Of a DNA stretch of 64,000 nt, positions 37,561-50,742 are shown in pieces. The position numbers and the translations under genes were made by a program. The notes under the pieces were generated by a model. The model ran no database searches and was not told the origin of the DNA. It was given only the letters and a program-made list of their open reading frames with translations. The stretch covers positions 79,610,001 to 79,674,000 of the forward strand of contig CM052816.1 of assembly GCA_028534125.1 (NCBI GenBank). Direction: 5' to 3'. Within the stretch, counting starts at the first letter, position 1. The number at the start of each line of letters is the position of its first letter. This stretch comes from Lama glama (Eukaryota).

Positions 37561-37999
37561 CCAGGAAAAGTGATGCCAGACCTAGTCCTGTCTGAGATCA
37601 CTGCTCCTGCCCTATCTCAACTTGGACCACTGGTTTTGAACCAAAATGGAAAAACATCTAGTGCTATTTGGAAACATTGGGGATTTTGACCTTAGCTTAT
37701 TCAAGCTGGGGAAAAAACAAATTCCTGTCCAAGGAGAAATTTCTCTTTACTGGTTTGGGTTTTTTTCTTAATCTCTAATCATAAAAATTTCATCCTATCT
37801 CTTAAGACCATTCTGATGGGTTTTGATGTTTTTCATTACTGTGCTTTTCATAAGTGCTGGAAATGTCACAGTCATGTTGCTAGTTTATGTCTTTTCTGAT
37901 TATTTTGACACTTGGGATGTGTTTACTGAGTGCTTGCTGTCAGACGTTTACATGTGGCCTTTCGTAGTTGGTTGGTTTTGCCATATAAACACTAACATC

Positions 38000-38255
38000 A
38001 TAATAGCAAGCATTTAATAAGCATTTACTGTATCCAAGACATTGTTTTAACAATTTCACATTTTAATGCTTTATTCCTCCCAACCACCCTTTAATGAATA
38101 ATCTTACCTATTATTGACTTATAAATAAAGAAACCAAGGCAAAAAAATAAAAGAGGGTAAGTCATTTGCCCAAGATCACACAGCTGGTGAGTAGCAAAGC
38201 CAGGTTTTGAAGAATCTGGCTGAGAGCACAGCTCCTAATCATTAAGCTGTGCCTC
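38000..38255 (-). mobile_element. MIR SINE
   Basis: aatagcaagcatttaataagcatttactgt...aagtcatttgcccaagatcacacagctggtgagtagcaaagccagg. Confidence 0.8.
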
Positions 38256-38766
38256 TTTCAACCCTTTCTTCCATCACTGAAGCTGCAAGTTCAGTGTTGA
38301 ACTTGTTTCTCCTGCAAAAATCTCAAGGTATCGCTAGGAGTCCCTTCAGCTGGGCCAAGAATGCAGCAGAGGAAATGGAGAGGAAATGGCATAATTCAGA
38401 GGCTGGATGATCCCACCCCCTCCAGGAGGGCATCGCATCTAAGCCACCTGCCATCTGCTAGGTGGGAGGACAAACCCCCACCCAGGGAGCAGACTGGAAA
38501 AGATGCCAACACCAGAGGACTCTCAAGGAAATGCTCCCTCTTCTCCTCACCCCCCTTCTGCCCACCACACATAGTTCCTGTAGTTGAGCCCACCTGCCTG
38601 TCCCTTCTTAAAGGACTGAAAATATCCAAGTTACTCAATAAGCTGTGTAGCAAATTCTGGTTGTTCTCCAGGTCATCTGAGGCTGGCCTTTAGAAACTAA
38701 CACAAGAAGAATCATTAATTCATGTTATCACATTTTTGCTTTAAAAAGATTGAAGATTCTCCTGAG

Positions 38767-38892
38767 TTTTTTTTTTAATTCTTATTTTTATTGAAGTGTA
38801 GTTGACTTTCAATTTAGTTTCATGTGTACAACAAAGGGATTCAGTTATACATATACATACATATTTTTCTTTCAGATTCTTTATTATTAGAA
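38767..38892 (-). mobile_element. Short L1 3' end
   Basis: tttttattgaagtgtagttgactttcaat...gtgtacaacaaagggattcagttatacatatac...tttcagattct. Confidence 0.8.
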
Positions 38893-39854
38893 GTTAAATG
38901 AGTCTGGGGAACACAATATGTCATGCTGTCTCCTCTACATTCTACTGCAGATCTTCTTCCAGAAAGTTCTCCTCTCAAGTGACTTGTTTTTCCAATAATT
39001 AGCATGAAAGTAACAGACTTTCCCCTCTTCCTAATGGTGGTAGCGATAATGCATTTAGCAGAATTAAGGCTTATACAAAGAAATTCATGAAAATTTCTTT
39101 AACTCCATTAGTGAATTCTCCAGCAATGACTGTAAAGGCAGTAATTGTGGTGATTCATCTTCTGTGCTATAAGTTTTAACTTGTTATGTATTTTCAATCA
39201 AGTAGAAGGCAATCTGTTTTGCTCCAGTTGCCCTGGGGTAATTTTCCACTGAGATTGATGTGCATTCATTGAAATTGTTGAATTTATCTAATCAAATCAT
39301 CAATCTCTTCATTCAACACTTAGATTTTCAATAAGAGTGTTATTTTTAAATGTTATGCATGTCAGGGATTTCCTATGATTATATTAACTCCCAGATTCAG
39401 AACTACAAAAGAAACAAAGAACTATAGTTACACATGCATTAGATTATCATCTCATGGAAGTTAGGAAGATTGCAGTGGAACATCAATTAATTAAAGAAAG
39501 CTTGAAAGCCATTTCAAGTCTTTGAATATCCTCCACATAGCTCAGAATCCTATAAGTAGCTTAATTTAAAAAATTCATCTTCAAACCAGTAAGGTCAATT
39601 CCTCCTTTATTAGACGGTTTTGATTAAATACTCAGCAGAGAGCAAGGGTGAGTACATATCAAATGTAGATACATCCAGAAACAAAGTCATTCAAACATCA
39701 GAGCAGTGTGATGGCAGCTGTTCGATCGCAGGGGTGACTCCATTTCCTCATTTGGAGTTTGACCAGAGGAGTTTTATTTTTCTTTAGCAAAGTTTTCTGA
39801 TTTTACTTTTCAAAGGATATCGCTGAAACCATAACACTGTTCCTATCTGTGACT

Positions 39855-40030
39855 TTTAAATGTTGATTTATCTTTGTACATGGTTTAAAATTCAAGGTAC
39901 AAAAGAGAGTTCAACAAAAAATAGGTCTTCCCTCTCCTGTCCCACAGCCCCCCATTACCCCTAGGGGCCATCACTCTTATCAGATTATCATAAAAAATAT
40001 CCTACACCTTTACAAAAATACACTATATGT
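39855..40030 (-). mobile_element. Probable ancient L1ME 3' fragment
   Basis: tacatggtttaaaattcaaggtacaaaag...tcttccctctcctgtccc...gggccatcact. Confidence 0.45.
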
Positions 40031-41624
40031 GTAAATATGGGCTGGATGTCTTTTTTTAGTTCTTTCACATCTGAGATGCTGCGACTCTGGGAAAGCAGAG
40101 ACTCTATTCTGTTGCTGACCTCCCAGTCTTACTAGCACCAATTCTTTATGGGTCCTGGAGCTCCCAGTCTCAACTCAAGTGTACTATTGAGGATGAACAG
40201 CAGTATGTTTAGAGAGGGGCTCATCTGCCAAGTACAAAGGAGAAGAGGAAATTACATGAGATGCCCACCTCTGGATATTGGTAGACATGAGCTTTCTTTT
40301 CAGTGGTGATTTTACAAATAATGCAGATGGAGGTAAGTATCAGGGTGAGGACCTGGGATCTAGGCCTCTTTGGGCTCAGACTTATGCAGGGATGTAGGGG
40401 TGTTGGGGTTCACTTGGACCCTAAAAGCTGCTGCATATACCCACTTTCAGGAGACCAGAGATATTAGCTCCTCCCAGCATTCACTGAGCCTCAGCACCAT
40501 CATGGGTCTCAGAAGTATGTCAGCAGGAGGGGGTTGCCCGGGTTGGATGTCCAGAAGGTTGGGTGGAGTGGAATATCAGTCAGTGGAGCTAGCTGCCTGT
40601 CAAGATTTGGGAGGAGTATGAGGGAGGACAAAACCTGTGACCCAAAGGAGAATTTGAGAATTCACTCATTCTACCTGCAACGTTACCCCCAGCACCTTTA
40701 TTCATCACCTGGTGTAAGCTAGCCGTAGGTTTATTACTGATGGGCAGCACTATGTGCTTCACCTTTGCTTCCCCTGCCTCAGAGCCTAGCAGTGTCTTTC
40801 AGATTGCAACATTCCACACTGCAAATCATCACAGATGACAGATGGTCAGAAACTGAATCCTTGCCTACTCCTATCAGTTGTAACTAAATTGCTGTCTATG
40901 TAGCCTGAAGAGATGGAAGTTTGGGGATTACCTGGTTAGGTCTGGACTCCAAGGATGTTAAGGTTAAGACTGTCTGGTGTTGACCTATGTCAGAGGTCGC
41001 CCATGGTCATCACGCACTAATGACCAGTTCTACGCATATCTCCTCTAGGGGTCACACAGGATAGCACGTAAGGGCTAAGAAATAAGTTCACCTCCTCCAC
41101 TATCATTTTACTGTGTTCCGGAAAGGATTCCCTTTTGTCTCCTCTTACCACACTAAGATGTCCCACGTAAGACCCCAGATCCTTTTCTTGGCCCCACTCC
41201 CATTCTGTTGTCTGCTTTCTTCTGCCAAACACCTTCATCCTCTGAACTGAATGTGCCTAAGAAAGTGTTAAAGAACTTGATAAGCCATTCAGGTGCTCAT
41301 AGTTCAAGAAATGAACACTCCCAGCATTTGCATTTTAATGGCAATGGTTCAAACTAAGTCTCTCCTGGTGGGAATCACCAGCAGCTAGGTAGGGAAAACA
41401 TTACTGGGGCAAGCGAAGACCTCCAATCACATCTTACAGTGCCTTCTTCTGCTGCCGATGTATAAATCCCACCATTACAATCATGAGAAGCCTTGTTGGT
41501 ATCCAGCTGAGTTAAAAGTAAGCCTTCACTGCCAGGGCCCTTACTCTTATTTCTGAACATCAATGAATTAGGGTCTTTTAAAGACCTGGAACTTGCCGTC
41601 AGGGTAAGAGTCATTGTGTGTCTT

Positions 41625-41845
41625 GCAAATGAGAGCATCACTGGGTTCAGACAGACTCAGCACAGATCTCAGCCATAACTTTTTAGGGGTGAAGCTGTGG
41701 AGCGAGTCAGTTACCTCTTGGTGCCTTATTTTCTCATCTGGACGATGTGGACATGAAAACATACGTTCTAGGGTTGCTGGTAGAATAAGACAAAATGAGG
41801 TATGTAGAACACTGGCACCAAGGAAGCACTCAGTTCATGGGAGCT
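41625..41845 (+). mobile_element. MIR SINE
   Basis: ttcagacagact...agtcagttacctcttggtgccttattttctcatctg...tagggttgctggtagaataa...tagaacactggcac...aagcactcagt. Confidence 0.75.
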
Positions 41846-42109
41846 AGTGTCATCTTCATCAAAGAATTCATGACTTGGTGGGAAACCAACAAATGTACAG
41901 TCAGCAAGGCAAAATTCCAAGGGCATGGAGTAAGTGTTGAGTCTGAGCTTAGCGTGAATTGATAAGCCTGCAAGCCCCTCAGAAACCCTCTTACGGGCCA
42001 CTTGTTTCAGCCCCTGCCCTAATTGTTGTGCTTTGCCAGCCAACCAAGGTGGCACCTGTGGTTGACAATCCTTATGAATGGGTTCTCTCTGAGCGTCTTC
42101 TTTTCTGCT

Positions 42110-42280
42110 GAATGTGCTTAGAGGCTGTGCCACTGAGGAGGTGCGTGACCCATGGAAAGTTTGCTTCACTTCTTTTGAGCCTTAGTCTCTCTATTCATAA
42201 AAACAAGATAATGAAGAAAATGCCTTTATTTCAGAATAATTTTGAGGATGGAGTAAGATAATGGATGAGAAGCACCTCAT
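42110..42280 (+). mobile_element. MIR fragment
   Basis: tgtgccactgag...gtgacccatggaaag...cttcacttcttttgagccttagt...cataaaaacaagataat. Confidence 0.6.
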
Positions 42281-44879
42281 CTATAGTTGCCCTTAAAATG
42301 AGCTTGCTCCTTTCTCCCGTGACCCCGTATACTCGGATGGTTTGAGCAGTGTGTCACACATGGAGGGAAGGCTCTGGAATGATAACAAATAGTTTGTTGA
42401 TTTGGTGCTTTGTAAACCCAGCCACACAAATGGCACACTTTCAAGGTCATCGTTCTTGCCAAATACTTAACTGGAAAGCCAGGTTATGAGTCTTTGGAAC
42501 CCAGATCTGATAAGTATTCAGGGAAACTAGGGAAACTTCTCAAGAGAGATGAAGCAGGAAGATTCGCTGAATAGACCTTCTGCATTTGCCCTACATTCGA
42601 CGCCACAGGCAAATCAGAGCCGGTTGGGCAGTGTGCAATTCTAAGAAATGAGGAGAAGGCAGAAACACCTGTTCTTCCTCTAGTAAAGCCAAGGCAAGTG
42701 GAAGTGCTCGAAAACACATCAGCACCTGGCAAGCACAATGGAGAAGGCAGGAAATGTGCTGCAAAAAATCACATTGCCGGTGAAGGCGCTGCTTCCGGCT
42801 GGTGCAAGAAAGCTTGTCATGCTGGCCTCCAACTGGGCAAAGACTTGGGTGGCCAGAGGCTGGGCTGTGCCCGAACTGGGCCCTGGGCACCGAGGATTGA
42901 AAACCAACCTCACAAAGCATGCCTACTTCCATTTTTGTGCAATGTAATTATACAGGATTTGTGACTCACTAATCTGCCTGGAAGGCCAAACAATTCCAAA
43001 AGCAAAATGCCTGGCTTCTTTTGGCCAAGAGGAGGGGGCTTTGGACTTGGTTGGCTGTGTGACACCACTCCTTGGTGACTATACCAGGAGAAACTGTCAG
43101 GTTTAGATGCTTGCTCTTATTCACTATCTAATTTTGGTTCTTGCCATTTATTTCTAATTTCTTAGACGTAATTGCAGTGAGTGATATAAAAAGGTAACTT
43201 GCATTTGTGAGCAATGTGTATAGGAAGAATCCAATAGTGAAAATCTGTAGGAGACTAAGATAGATATTGGAACTACAGAAATATGTGCTCCAAATATCCT
43301 GCATTAGGTCGTTAAAGTAAACATCAACAATGTACAGGGAATGGTTGGAAATCTAAGGCATAATCAAAATGTAATAACTTAAAAGGTTGTGGACTTCTTT
43401 TAAAACAGAAACCACATGTGGCTGAGGGGAATCTTCAACCAGAGCATAAGCAATGCATGTGGATTCTCACCAAAGTAATCAGGAGACTGAGTATGTAAGA
43501 ACTTGACAGATGCATATTCAAATGTGAAACAACTTCTCCCAACAATGGTATTTCATGACGACCTACTTTACAGAGCAGCCAGTAATTGGGACCTTTTTAA
43601 TGGTATTCTTTTGGGAGCAGACAGTGAATTTCAGATAGGACTGATTATTGTACAACGTGATTGGTAGCTCTGATTATCCAAGCAGCTAGGGTGTTATTCC
43701 TGGCAAAGCATCGAGCTTCTCTGGGAATCTTTCTTCTGTGTAGGTAGATGGCTGCTAGTGAGACTTCCTTTTTGTGGATGAATTGTACCAACAAATGGCA
43801 AACATTCAATAGGAGTGGGAGAGTGACACTGATTATTACTGATGACAGTTGAAAACGAAATACCTCAATGAATCTCGTACTTGGACTTGGTGACTGAGTC
43901 AGCACCCTGTGCTTGAAGAGCTTAATCATGATGTCTCAAAATTAGATCTTCATCAACTGCTGTGGCTCTCTCCCCTTCTCTTTTGACAGGTAGCTTAAAT
44001 GCTCTAGGGGACTCAATGTTTTAGAATATAGAAAAGCTCTTAGTAGTGCCAACACCAAAACAGCAACTCCCTGCCTTCTAGTTGATACCAACTTGTCAAG
44101 TATGAACTAGATTCAACTGTGAACTCCGCCTTTAACAATGGTCTCTATATTCTGAGCACTACTATCAGAAGAGGGGTCCCTGAGTGAAAATCTGTCCCCA
44201 GATGCGTTTTATTATGCAAAATGAGAACAAAAGAGCCCAAACCATGGAGTCGTTTTCCTAAGTTGTCCTCATATAACCGTTTTTGGGGGCAGTAGAACTA
44301 TTGTGATTACCAAACTCATGTCGTAATGCACGTACACAAATTGACTTCATACTGGGGAACTTCACCAGAGAAAGGAAGTCACTATTTCTGAAGACTATGA
44401 GTTTAGTTTCTTTTGGGGTAAAATGCTGCTAATATATCTGGTGTACAGGAAAGTGCAATTTTCTTATCTCAAAATCAGAAGCCCTAATATTAGTTTCAGC
44501 TAACTTTATGACCTTACTTCTGTGACATTACTTCTATGGCATTTCTGTGTTTTGTTTCCAAACAATTGCATGATTCTTTGTGGATGAAGGGTCCAAAATT
44601 GAAAAGCATCAAAACAGCTAAATGTAGTCAGAAGCCTGTTTGCCCACCATATCCCTCAAATTCAGGAAGCATCCTTAACTTGGTTACTCCAAAGTTATGA
44701 TGATCAGATGATTGGCAAATATGCATTTTTTTCAGACTCTTCATATAATTGTCAGAAATTTCTGTCCTAGCCAAAATTCTGCACCTACCAGGGGATGTTA
44801 TCTCTAAGAATTTCTTTCATCCTGCTTAACATGGACCTCAGATATGAAAAATACCAGTATATTCCTAATACGTCCTAGA

Positions 44880-45100
44880 CTGGAATCAGCAAAGTTTTTC
44901 TGTAAAGAGTCAGAGTGTAAATATTTAGAATTTGTGAATCATACAGCCTTTGTCACAATTACTCAACTCTGCCCTCGTCACACAAAAACAGCCATAGTCA
45001 ATGCATAAATAAATATGTGGCTGTGTTCCAACAAAACTTTATTATCAAAAGCAGTCAATGGGTCAGATCTGGCCCATGGGCTATATTTTGCTGACCCCTG
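44880..45100. mobile_element. MER58A hAT-Charlie element, near full length
   Basis: tcagcaaagtttttctgtaaagagtcaga...actcaactctgcc...ggctgtgttccaacaaaactttatt...tttgctgacccctg. Confidence 0.9.
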
Positions 45101-45129
45101 TTCTGTACTCTTAATGCCACTGTATCCGT

Positions 45130-45710
45130 CTGCTGTCGTAACACAGATTTAATTTATCCTAAATTCTGTTTAACCTATTACTATTTTAGTCCCAATTATA
45201 TAATACATTGTGAATCTGTTGTCATACCACTAGTGAATTTATCTACCCATTGTTTGATCTATTAATATTTAGACATTATTACTATTACATCATGAATCTG
45301 TTGTCATGTCATGTATGAATTTTTTTAAATCTTTGTTTACACTATCAGTATCTATAGTCAACAACAAACATCCCTTGAGATAGCAAGTGTTTTAAGTGAA
45401 CCACCTGTTGGCTATTATAGCAAATCCTTTCCCCAGTCCTTAACTTTTTCTGATGCAAAGGGATTTTACATAATTACAGTATTGGGAATAAGTCCATTTA
45501 TCCTATCCCTTTCATGATATTAACCATGTCCTATGATAGCTTTTGTCTTTGCAGACTAAATAGTTCAGATCTTCATGTTATATCCTTAAATAACGCCCCC
45601 TCCCTCGTCTCCTTAATCATTTTAGGCATCACTGAGTCTCTTTGGGCTTTGTGAGTTCTTGAAATTTAGACACTAGACTGGAACACAGTGTTCCAGATTG
45701 GTCACATCCT
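45130..45710 (-). mobile_element. Ancient CR1/L3 LINE fragment with a degenerate ~84-bp tandem triplication at its left end
   Basis: cagactaaatagttcag...ccttaatcattttag...actggaacacagtgttccagattggtc are CR1 antisense motifs; repeat units start at 45130, 45216 and 45298. Confidence 0.6.
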
Positions 45711-46324
45711 CTCTTGCTAATGATGCCCAGCCACAGCTTTTGACTGCTGCAAGCAAAAAACAAAGTAAAAAGTGTGAAAGTAAGGAAGAAACTGAGAAAG
45801 CCCAGAGGATTTTTGGAAGAGCAAAAGGGACTACAAACAGAAAACATTGACTCTTGCAAAACACTCTGAACTGACTACTCGTGCGTTCCATAATTCATTT
45901 AAATCTTCCTTGTGACCACAATAAGCTTTCTGGAATTTTGAAAAGAGTAAGAACAAAGCCAACATCCTGCCTTGCCTGGGAATGATTCTATTGTAATTTG
46001 GAGTGAAGAGCTCTGGTGAGAATTTGCCTCTGATGGATACCAACAGTCAGAAGAGGTTACACAAACCACACTTCTAATGTGAGTTGAGAAAATCTGGAAC
46101 CTAATTTAGCACAATGAAATGAGCTCTGCTGCTCAGACAGGACTCCACTACTAATCTGGAAAGTTCTCTCTTGGCGTTGAATTCTCTCCTCTGCCCTGAC
46201 CTCATGGAAAAAGTTTACCTGAATCTAGTGAGATCAGTTATAGGGGGACTGTGTCATCATTGAAAGTCCTATGCAGAAGTTCCAATTAAAATTTATCATA
46301 ATCGTCATTGGGCGTGATCCTGCA

Positions 46325-46860
46325 AAATTCACTAAACAAACACTGATCAAACTGTGCTAGGTATGCTAGGAAATAACAGTGAGCAGAGAGGTCTCTGCTT
46401 TGCAGAGAACAGGGAACAGATGTCAGTCAAATTCACGTACATTTGGGAATATGGAAGGACAGAAAAGGGGAGGCCTATTACTGTCTAAGAGAGCAACCCT
46501 GAGAAAGTGATCACTGACCTAAGGTCAAAATGGAAAGGAAGAGATTTCTCAGCAAAAGAAACAGCACATGCAAAGACACAGGAGAGAGCATGCCGAATAT
46601 GGGGAATAGAAGAAACACGGTGTATCTGAGCCAAGTTGGAAAATATGAGAAAGAGAGAAAAGCCAGATCACACAGAATCTCAAGGAGCCATAGGAAGCCT
46701 TTGAGGTGTCTGAAGAAGGATAGCATGACCTGATGTGTATTTTTTAAAAGAACCACACAGACTACACTATGGAGAATATTGTGGGAAGCAAGAGTAAATG
46801 CCTATGGACTTACTCAGAGGTTAAGGCAGTTGGTAAGAAAGATGAGCCATGATGGTGACT
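46325..46860 (-). mobile_element. L2 fragment
   Basis: actgtgctaggtatgctaggaaataacagtgagcagagag...gaaacagcacatgcaaagacacaggag...gcatgacctgatgtgtattttttaaaagaaccac. Confidence 0.7.
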
Positions 46861-46878
46861 TGCCAGGTATGATTTTTA

Positions 46879-46918
46879 TTTTATTTTATTTTTTTACCTT
46901 TTTTTATTGAGTTATAGT
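46879..46918 (-). mobile_element. 40-bp L1 3'-tip micro-insertion
   Basis: T-rich tail plus ttattgagttatag, the same tip as at ~12614; exact TSD tatgattttta at 46868-46878 and 46919-46929. Confidence 0.75.
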
Positions 46919-47216
46919 TATGATTTTTAAATTATAGACTGGAAGGTGGCCCAAACCCGTGGACCATTACACAGTTAAGATGTTTTCCTCTGGGAACATG
47001 TACAGGTGAATGTTGTGCCACACAGCTTAACTGACAGCTTCCTGTGAGTATTAATACTTTGGCACCTCAGGATGATATGATTTTTCTCAGAGTCTCTTTC
47101 TGCTTAGGATTTCCGTCTCCGCTAATCATTTCCAGCAATAAACCAACTAACTGATTTATCCTTCAAGTTTGGTAAATTCTGAACCATGGGACTTAATTAC
47201 CCTCTTGGTCTTTGAA

Positions 47217-47242
47217 AGTTTGTTTGTTTGTTTGTTTGTTTG
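47217..47242. repeat. (TTTG)n tetranucleotide repeat
   Basis: Direct reading. Confidence 0.9.
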
Positions 47243-48064
47243 CTTACCTCTAGACACTCATTTTGCCCAGGAGAAGAATGTTTTTTTAGATGAATGGATT
47301 CTAAGAAAGTTTGATATTATTTGATACCTTAAAGAAATGGAAGAAAGTAATTTTGCATAAGAATATAAACGCTTGCTGTTCATATATTATAGAGTGATTT
47401 CCTGAAGTTGGTGAGAGGTTAGCTTAAAATATATGGGCTTAAAATGTTTATAACATTTTTCTGGCATTATAGAATGGAAAAATAGAATCACCCATAATTA
47501 CACCACCTAGAAAGGAAATCCCTGTTTGTATATGGTGAAATTTTTTCCTCTCTTGTTCTTTGACAAATTAGGAATATATTGTGTATACATTTTTAAAACC
47601 TCTTTTTAAAACTTAATGTTATATGATAGTCTTATACCAGTAAATAGTTTCTGAAAACACATTTTTAAGCCTACATAATGTTCCCTCAAGTCAATGTACT
47701 ATTTTTCCAATATAAGTCTAAAATAACATTAATTTTCATGTTTTTGAGTAGCAGGTGTAATTAATTTTTGATACATTTGCCACCAAAAAATATTTCTTAT
47801 TTTTTTTCTTATATTTTCATGTTGATTTATCAAAAATTGTATTTGATTCAATATTTTCTTCATTTTTCTTAATATTTCTTAATTTAAAAAAAAGAACTCT
47901 TTATATTTTGGGGATATCAATCTGTTTTCTATAATATTTGTTATAAGTATTTCCCCAAAGTTGGTGATTGTCTGTTAATTCTGTTTAAAATATGTTTGAC
48001 AAATTCATAAGTTTTTGTGGCTCGAAGTCTGTCAGAACTCTTCCTTTATGATTACTTTTTAGCT

Positions 48065-48420
48065 GTTCATTCAATAGATATAGAGTGTTAAGTGTCTAGT
48101 CACTGAGCAAGGTAGTAGGGATAAAACAGAAAACAAGACAGAGATGGCTTTTGGAGAGTTTACAGCCTAATGAGGCAGACAAGACAAACAAAATTCAAGC
48201 CATTATACTATAGCTCATTATAAGCTATGGGAGAGGAAGTATGGGGTGGCATGAGACACCTAATCTAGGCTTTAGGGCTAATGGACGGCTTCTGGAAGAA
48301 AGCAATTTCCTAGCTGGGCATGAAGAGATAAGGGTGATGTGAACTGAGGGAGAGGAAAGAGTATGTGCAAAGGTTCACTTACCTAAATGCTAAATGTGCT
48401 CTGTGCCTAGAACGTGGAGT
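48065..48420 (-). mobile_element. L2 fragment nested in old L1
   Basis: ttcattcaatagatatagagtg...cactgagcaaggtagtagggataaaacagaaaacaagacaga...ggagagtttacagcctaatg. Confidence 0.7.
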
Positions 48421-48804
48421 GTATGTGTTTGTGCCATGGGATGGGGTCAGCAGTTTGAGCAGAAGACCCTTGAAGGGGGGCTGTTGCTGTGGTCCAAAGA
48501 GAGAGGTACTGATGATGGGCAGGAAATAGGCTTTGTGACTCATGCCTTTTCATTCGGTAAGCACTGCTTCAGTTATGGATTAAGTCCTTAGGCATAGCAT
48601 GCTGTCTATTGCAGAATAGTTTATTTAGGTTTATTGTTAGGTCAGTTCTTGGCCCAACATCATGCTGGTTTTGAGTTTTGTGAAGCGTTAAACTGGTAGG
48701 GCATGCACCCTCTGATCCCTTTTTACTTTCAAATTGCTTTATCTACTCTTGCCAGTGTGTTCTCTTTGGATAAACTAAAATGATTTTGAAAAGTTAGAAA
48801 AGTA

Positions 48805-48928
48805 TATGCATGTATATAATAATATGTGTGTAAATTCATGTGTGTGTGTGTATATATATATATATATACTCATGTGTATGTGTGTGTGTATATATAGATA
48901 TACACATTTGTATACATATACACACACA
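48805..48928. repeat. Imperfect (TG)/(TA)/(CA) microsatellite complex
   Basis: Direct reading. Confidence 0.85.
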
Positions 48929-50624
48929 AGTATAATATCTCCCATTGGTAATTGGATTGGGACTGTGATAAACCTATAGGTCAGCTGTGGAAGAAATGGC
49001 ATTCTTTTTACTTTTGAATCAGCCCGTCAAGAAGCATTGAACTTATTTGAATTTTCTCTTATATTTCTTGTTAAAACGTTGTAGTTTTTTTCATATGAGT
49101 CCTGCATATTTCTTTTTATTTATTCTACATATTTTATCATTTTAGTTTTTCATCATGAATGGATCTTTTTTCTGTATCTTCCGATGTTGCTGAAATACAG
49201 GAAAAAAATACTGAAATGTATGTTTTCTGTCTGACTATATAACTCATTGTAATTAATTATAAGAGTTTTAAGTTGATTCTAAGAGTTTATAACTGTGGTG
49301 TCTGTGAATAGTGATAATTTTCCTCTTTCCAATAGTTGCATCTAATCTATTTGATATCTACATTATTGATTATAATTTCTATTAAATAATGATGGTGAGT
49401 GAGTGTCCTATTCTAATATCAGTTTTAAGAAGAATACCTCTGTTTAACATTTTTCAAAAGTATTCTGTGAAAGCTAATAAATAAACTTGCGAAATGCTCC
49501 AAATAAAATGCTTTCTCCCCAGGATTCATAATTTATATTAATATATTAGGAGATCGCAATAAAAAAAGTGTTCCATTGAGTTTAGCTGAGCATTTCTAAA
49601 ATTCATTTGACCACAGAAGCATTTTTCTCCCATTTGGAAATTTGTATCAGTTGTGACAGTCAAAATTATATTCATGTGATCTTTCTCTTTTGATACTGTG
49701 TGCATCCTCGTCTCTCTCTTTAGCCATATGGACTGTGGTTTGGTTTTGCTGTTATTTTTTTTCCAATAATTTAGAAGGTAGTCATCTTTTTAAATTTTTT
49801 ACAAGTGATTGTAATTAAAATTTTTCAATACACTCCTACCTGTACTTTGTATTTACCAAAGTCAAAGACATGACCGTCCACGTTTCTAATTAAGTTCAGA
49901 ACAGATGTGAAATTTAATTCATTTTCTACCTCCTCCCAATCTTTTTCTCAGTATTTTTAAGGATAATTTAACATTTTTATTCAGGTTACCATCAGTCAGT
50001 ATTTTATATTAATTTTATATTACATGACTTCTTGTTCATGAATTATTTATCTACTCAGCAACTAACCATATTTACAATCCATTCCTGGACAGGTCAGTGG
50101 TTATCTGACTTCTGTGTCCATAGTAAATATCCTTTTATACCACAGATTTTTTACTTTTGACTTCTTATTTTAATTCATCTCTCCTGCAGCTAAAAGATGT
50201 CTTTGAGAACTGTCATAAGTAGGGCAAGTAGGTCATATATTTTTAATCTTGAATAAGCTTCTGTCTGATTTCAACATAATGATTTGTCTGGACTTAAAAT
50301 TGTCTCACCGTGTTTCTTGCTTTTCGTATTTAGTCATGTGATAGAAAAATCTGAGATAATCCATATTTTTGTTTCCTGGTAATCTGTTTTTCTTCCCAGA
50401 TTTTTATAGGTTTTACTCTGACATTCAAATATCTTATCATAATGTATCTAGGTGTGAACACTTTCTACAGATTTTGCGTAGTAGTTGCTGAGTCATTTCA
50501 GTTTCCAGAGTCAGATCTTTCATTAGCAGTGGGAAGGTTTTTAAAATTCTTTTATAATTTTGAATGTTTCTTTGTTTATATTTTCTTCATTCTCTTTTTT
50601 AAAGTATATTTTTAAAAATCTGAA

Positions 50625-50736
50625 TTTTTTTAAGTTTATTTTTTATTGAAGTACCATCAGTTACAATGTGTCAATTTCTGGTGTACAGCACAATGTCCCA
50701 GTCATGCGTGTATATACATATATTCATTTTCATATT
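50625..50736 (-). mobile_element. Short young L1 3' end at the tail of an older L1M
   Basis: ttttattgaagtaccatcagttacaatgtgtcaatttctggtgtacagcacaatgtcccagtcatg; flanks tgaattttt / tgaatggttttt. Confidence 0.8.
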
Positions 50737-50742
50737 GAATGG

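Larger units (their letters stand above)
47480..50600 (-). mobile_element. Highly decayed ancient L1ME/HAL1-like sequence with nested elements
   Basis: T-rich with L1 antisense motifs (aactctttatattttggggatatcaatc; ttggattgggactgtgataaacctataggtcagctgtggaagaaatggcatt; tcataatgtatctaggtgtg); boundaries approximate. Confidence 0.55.

Noticed and set aside
45130..45365. Spaced repeats as a CRISPR-like array
   Set aside because: Whole units are similar with no unique spacers, there are no cas genes, and the context is mammalian.
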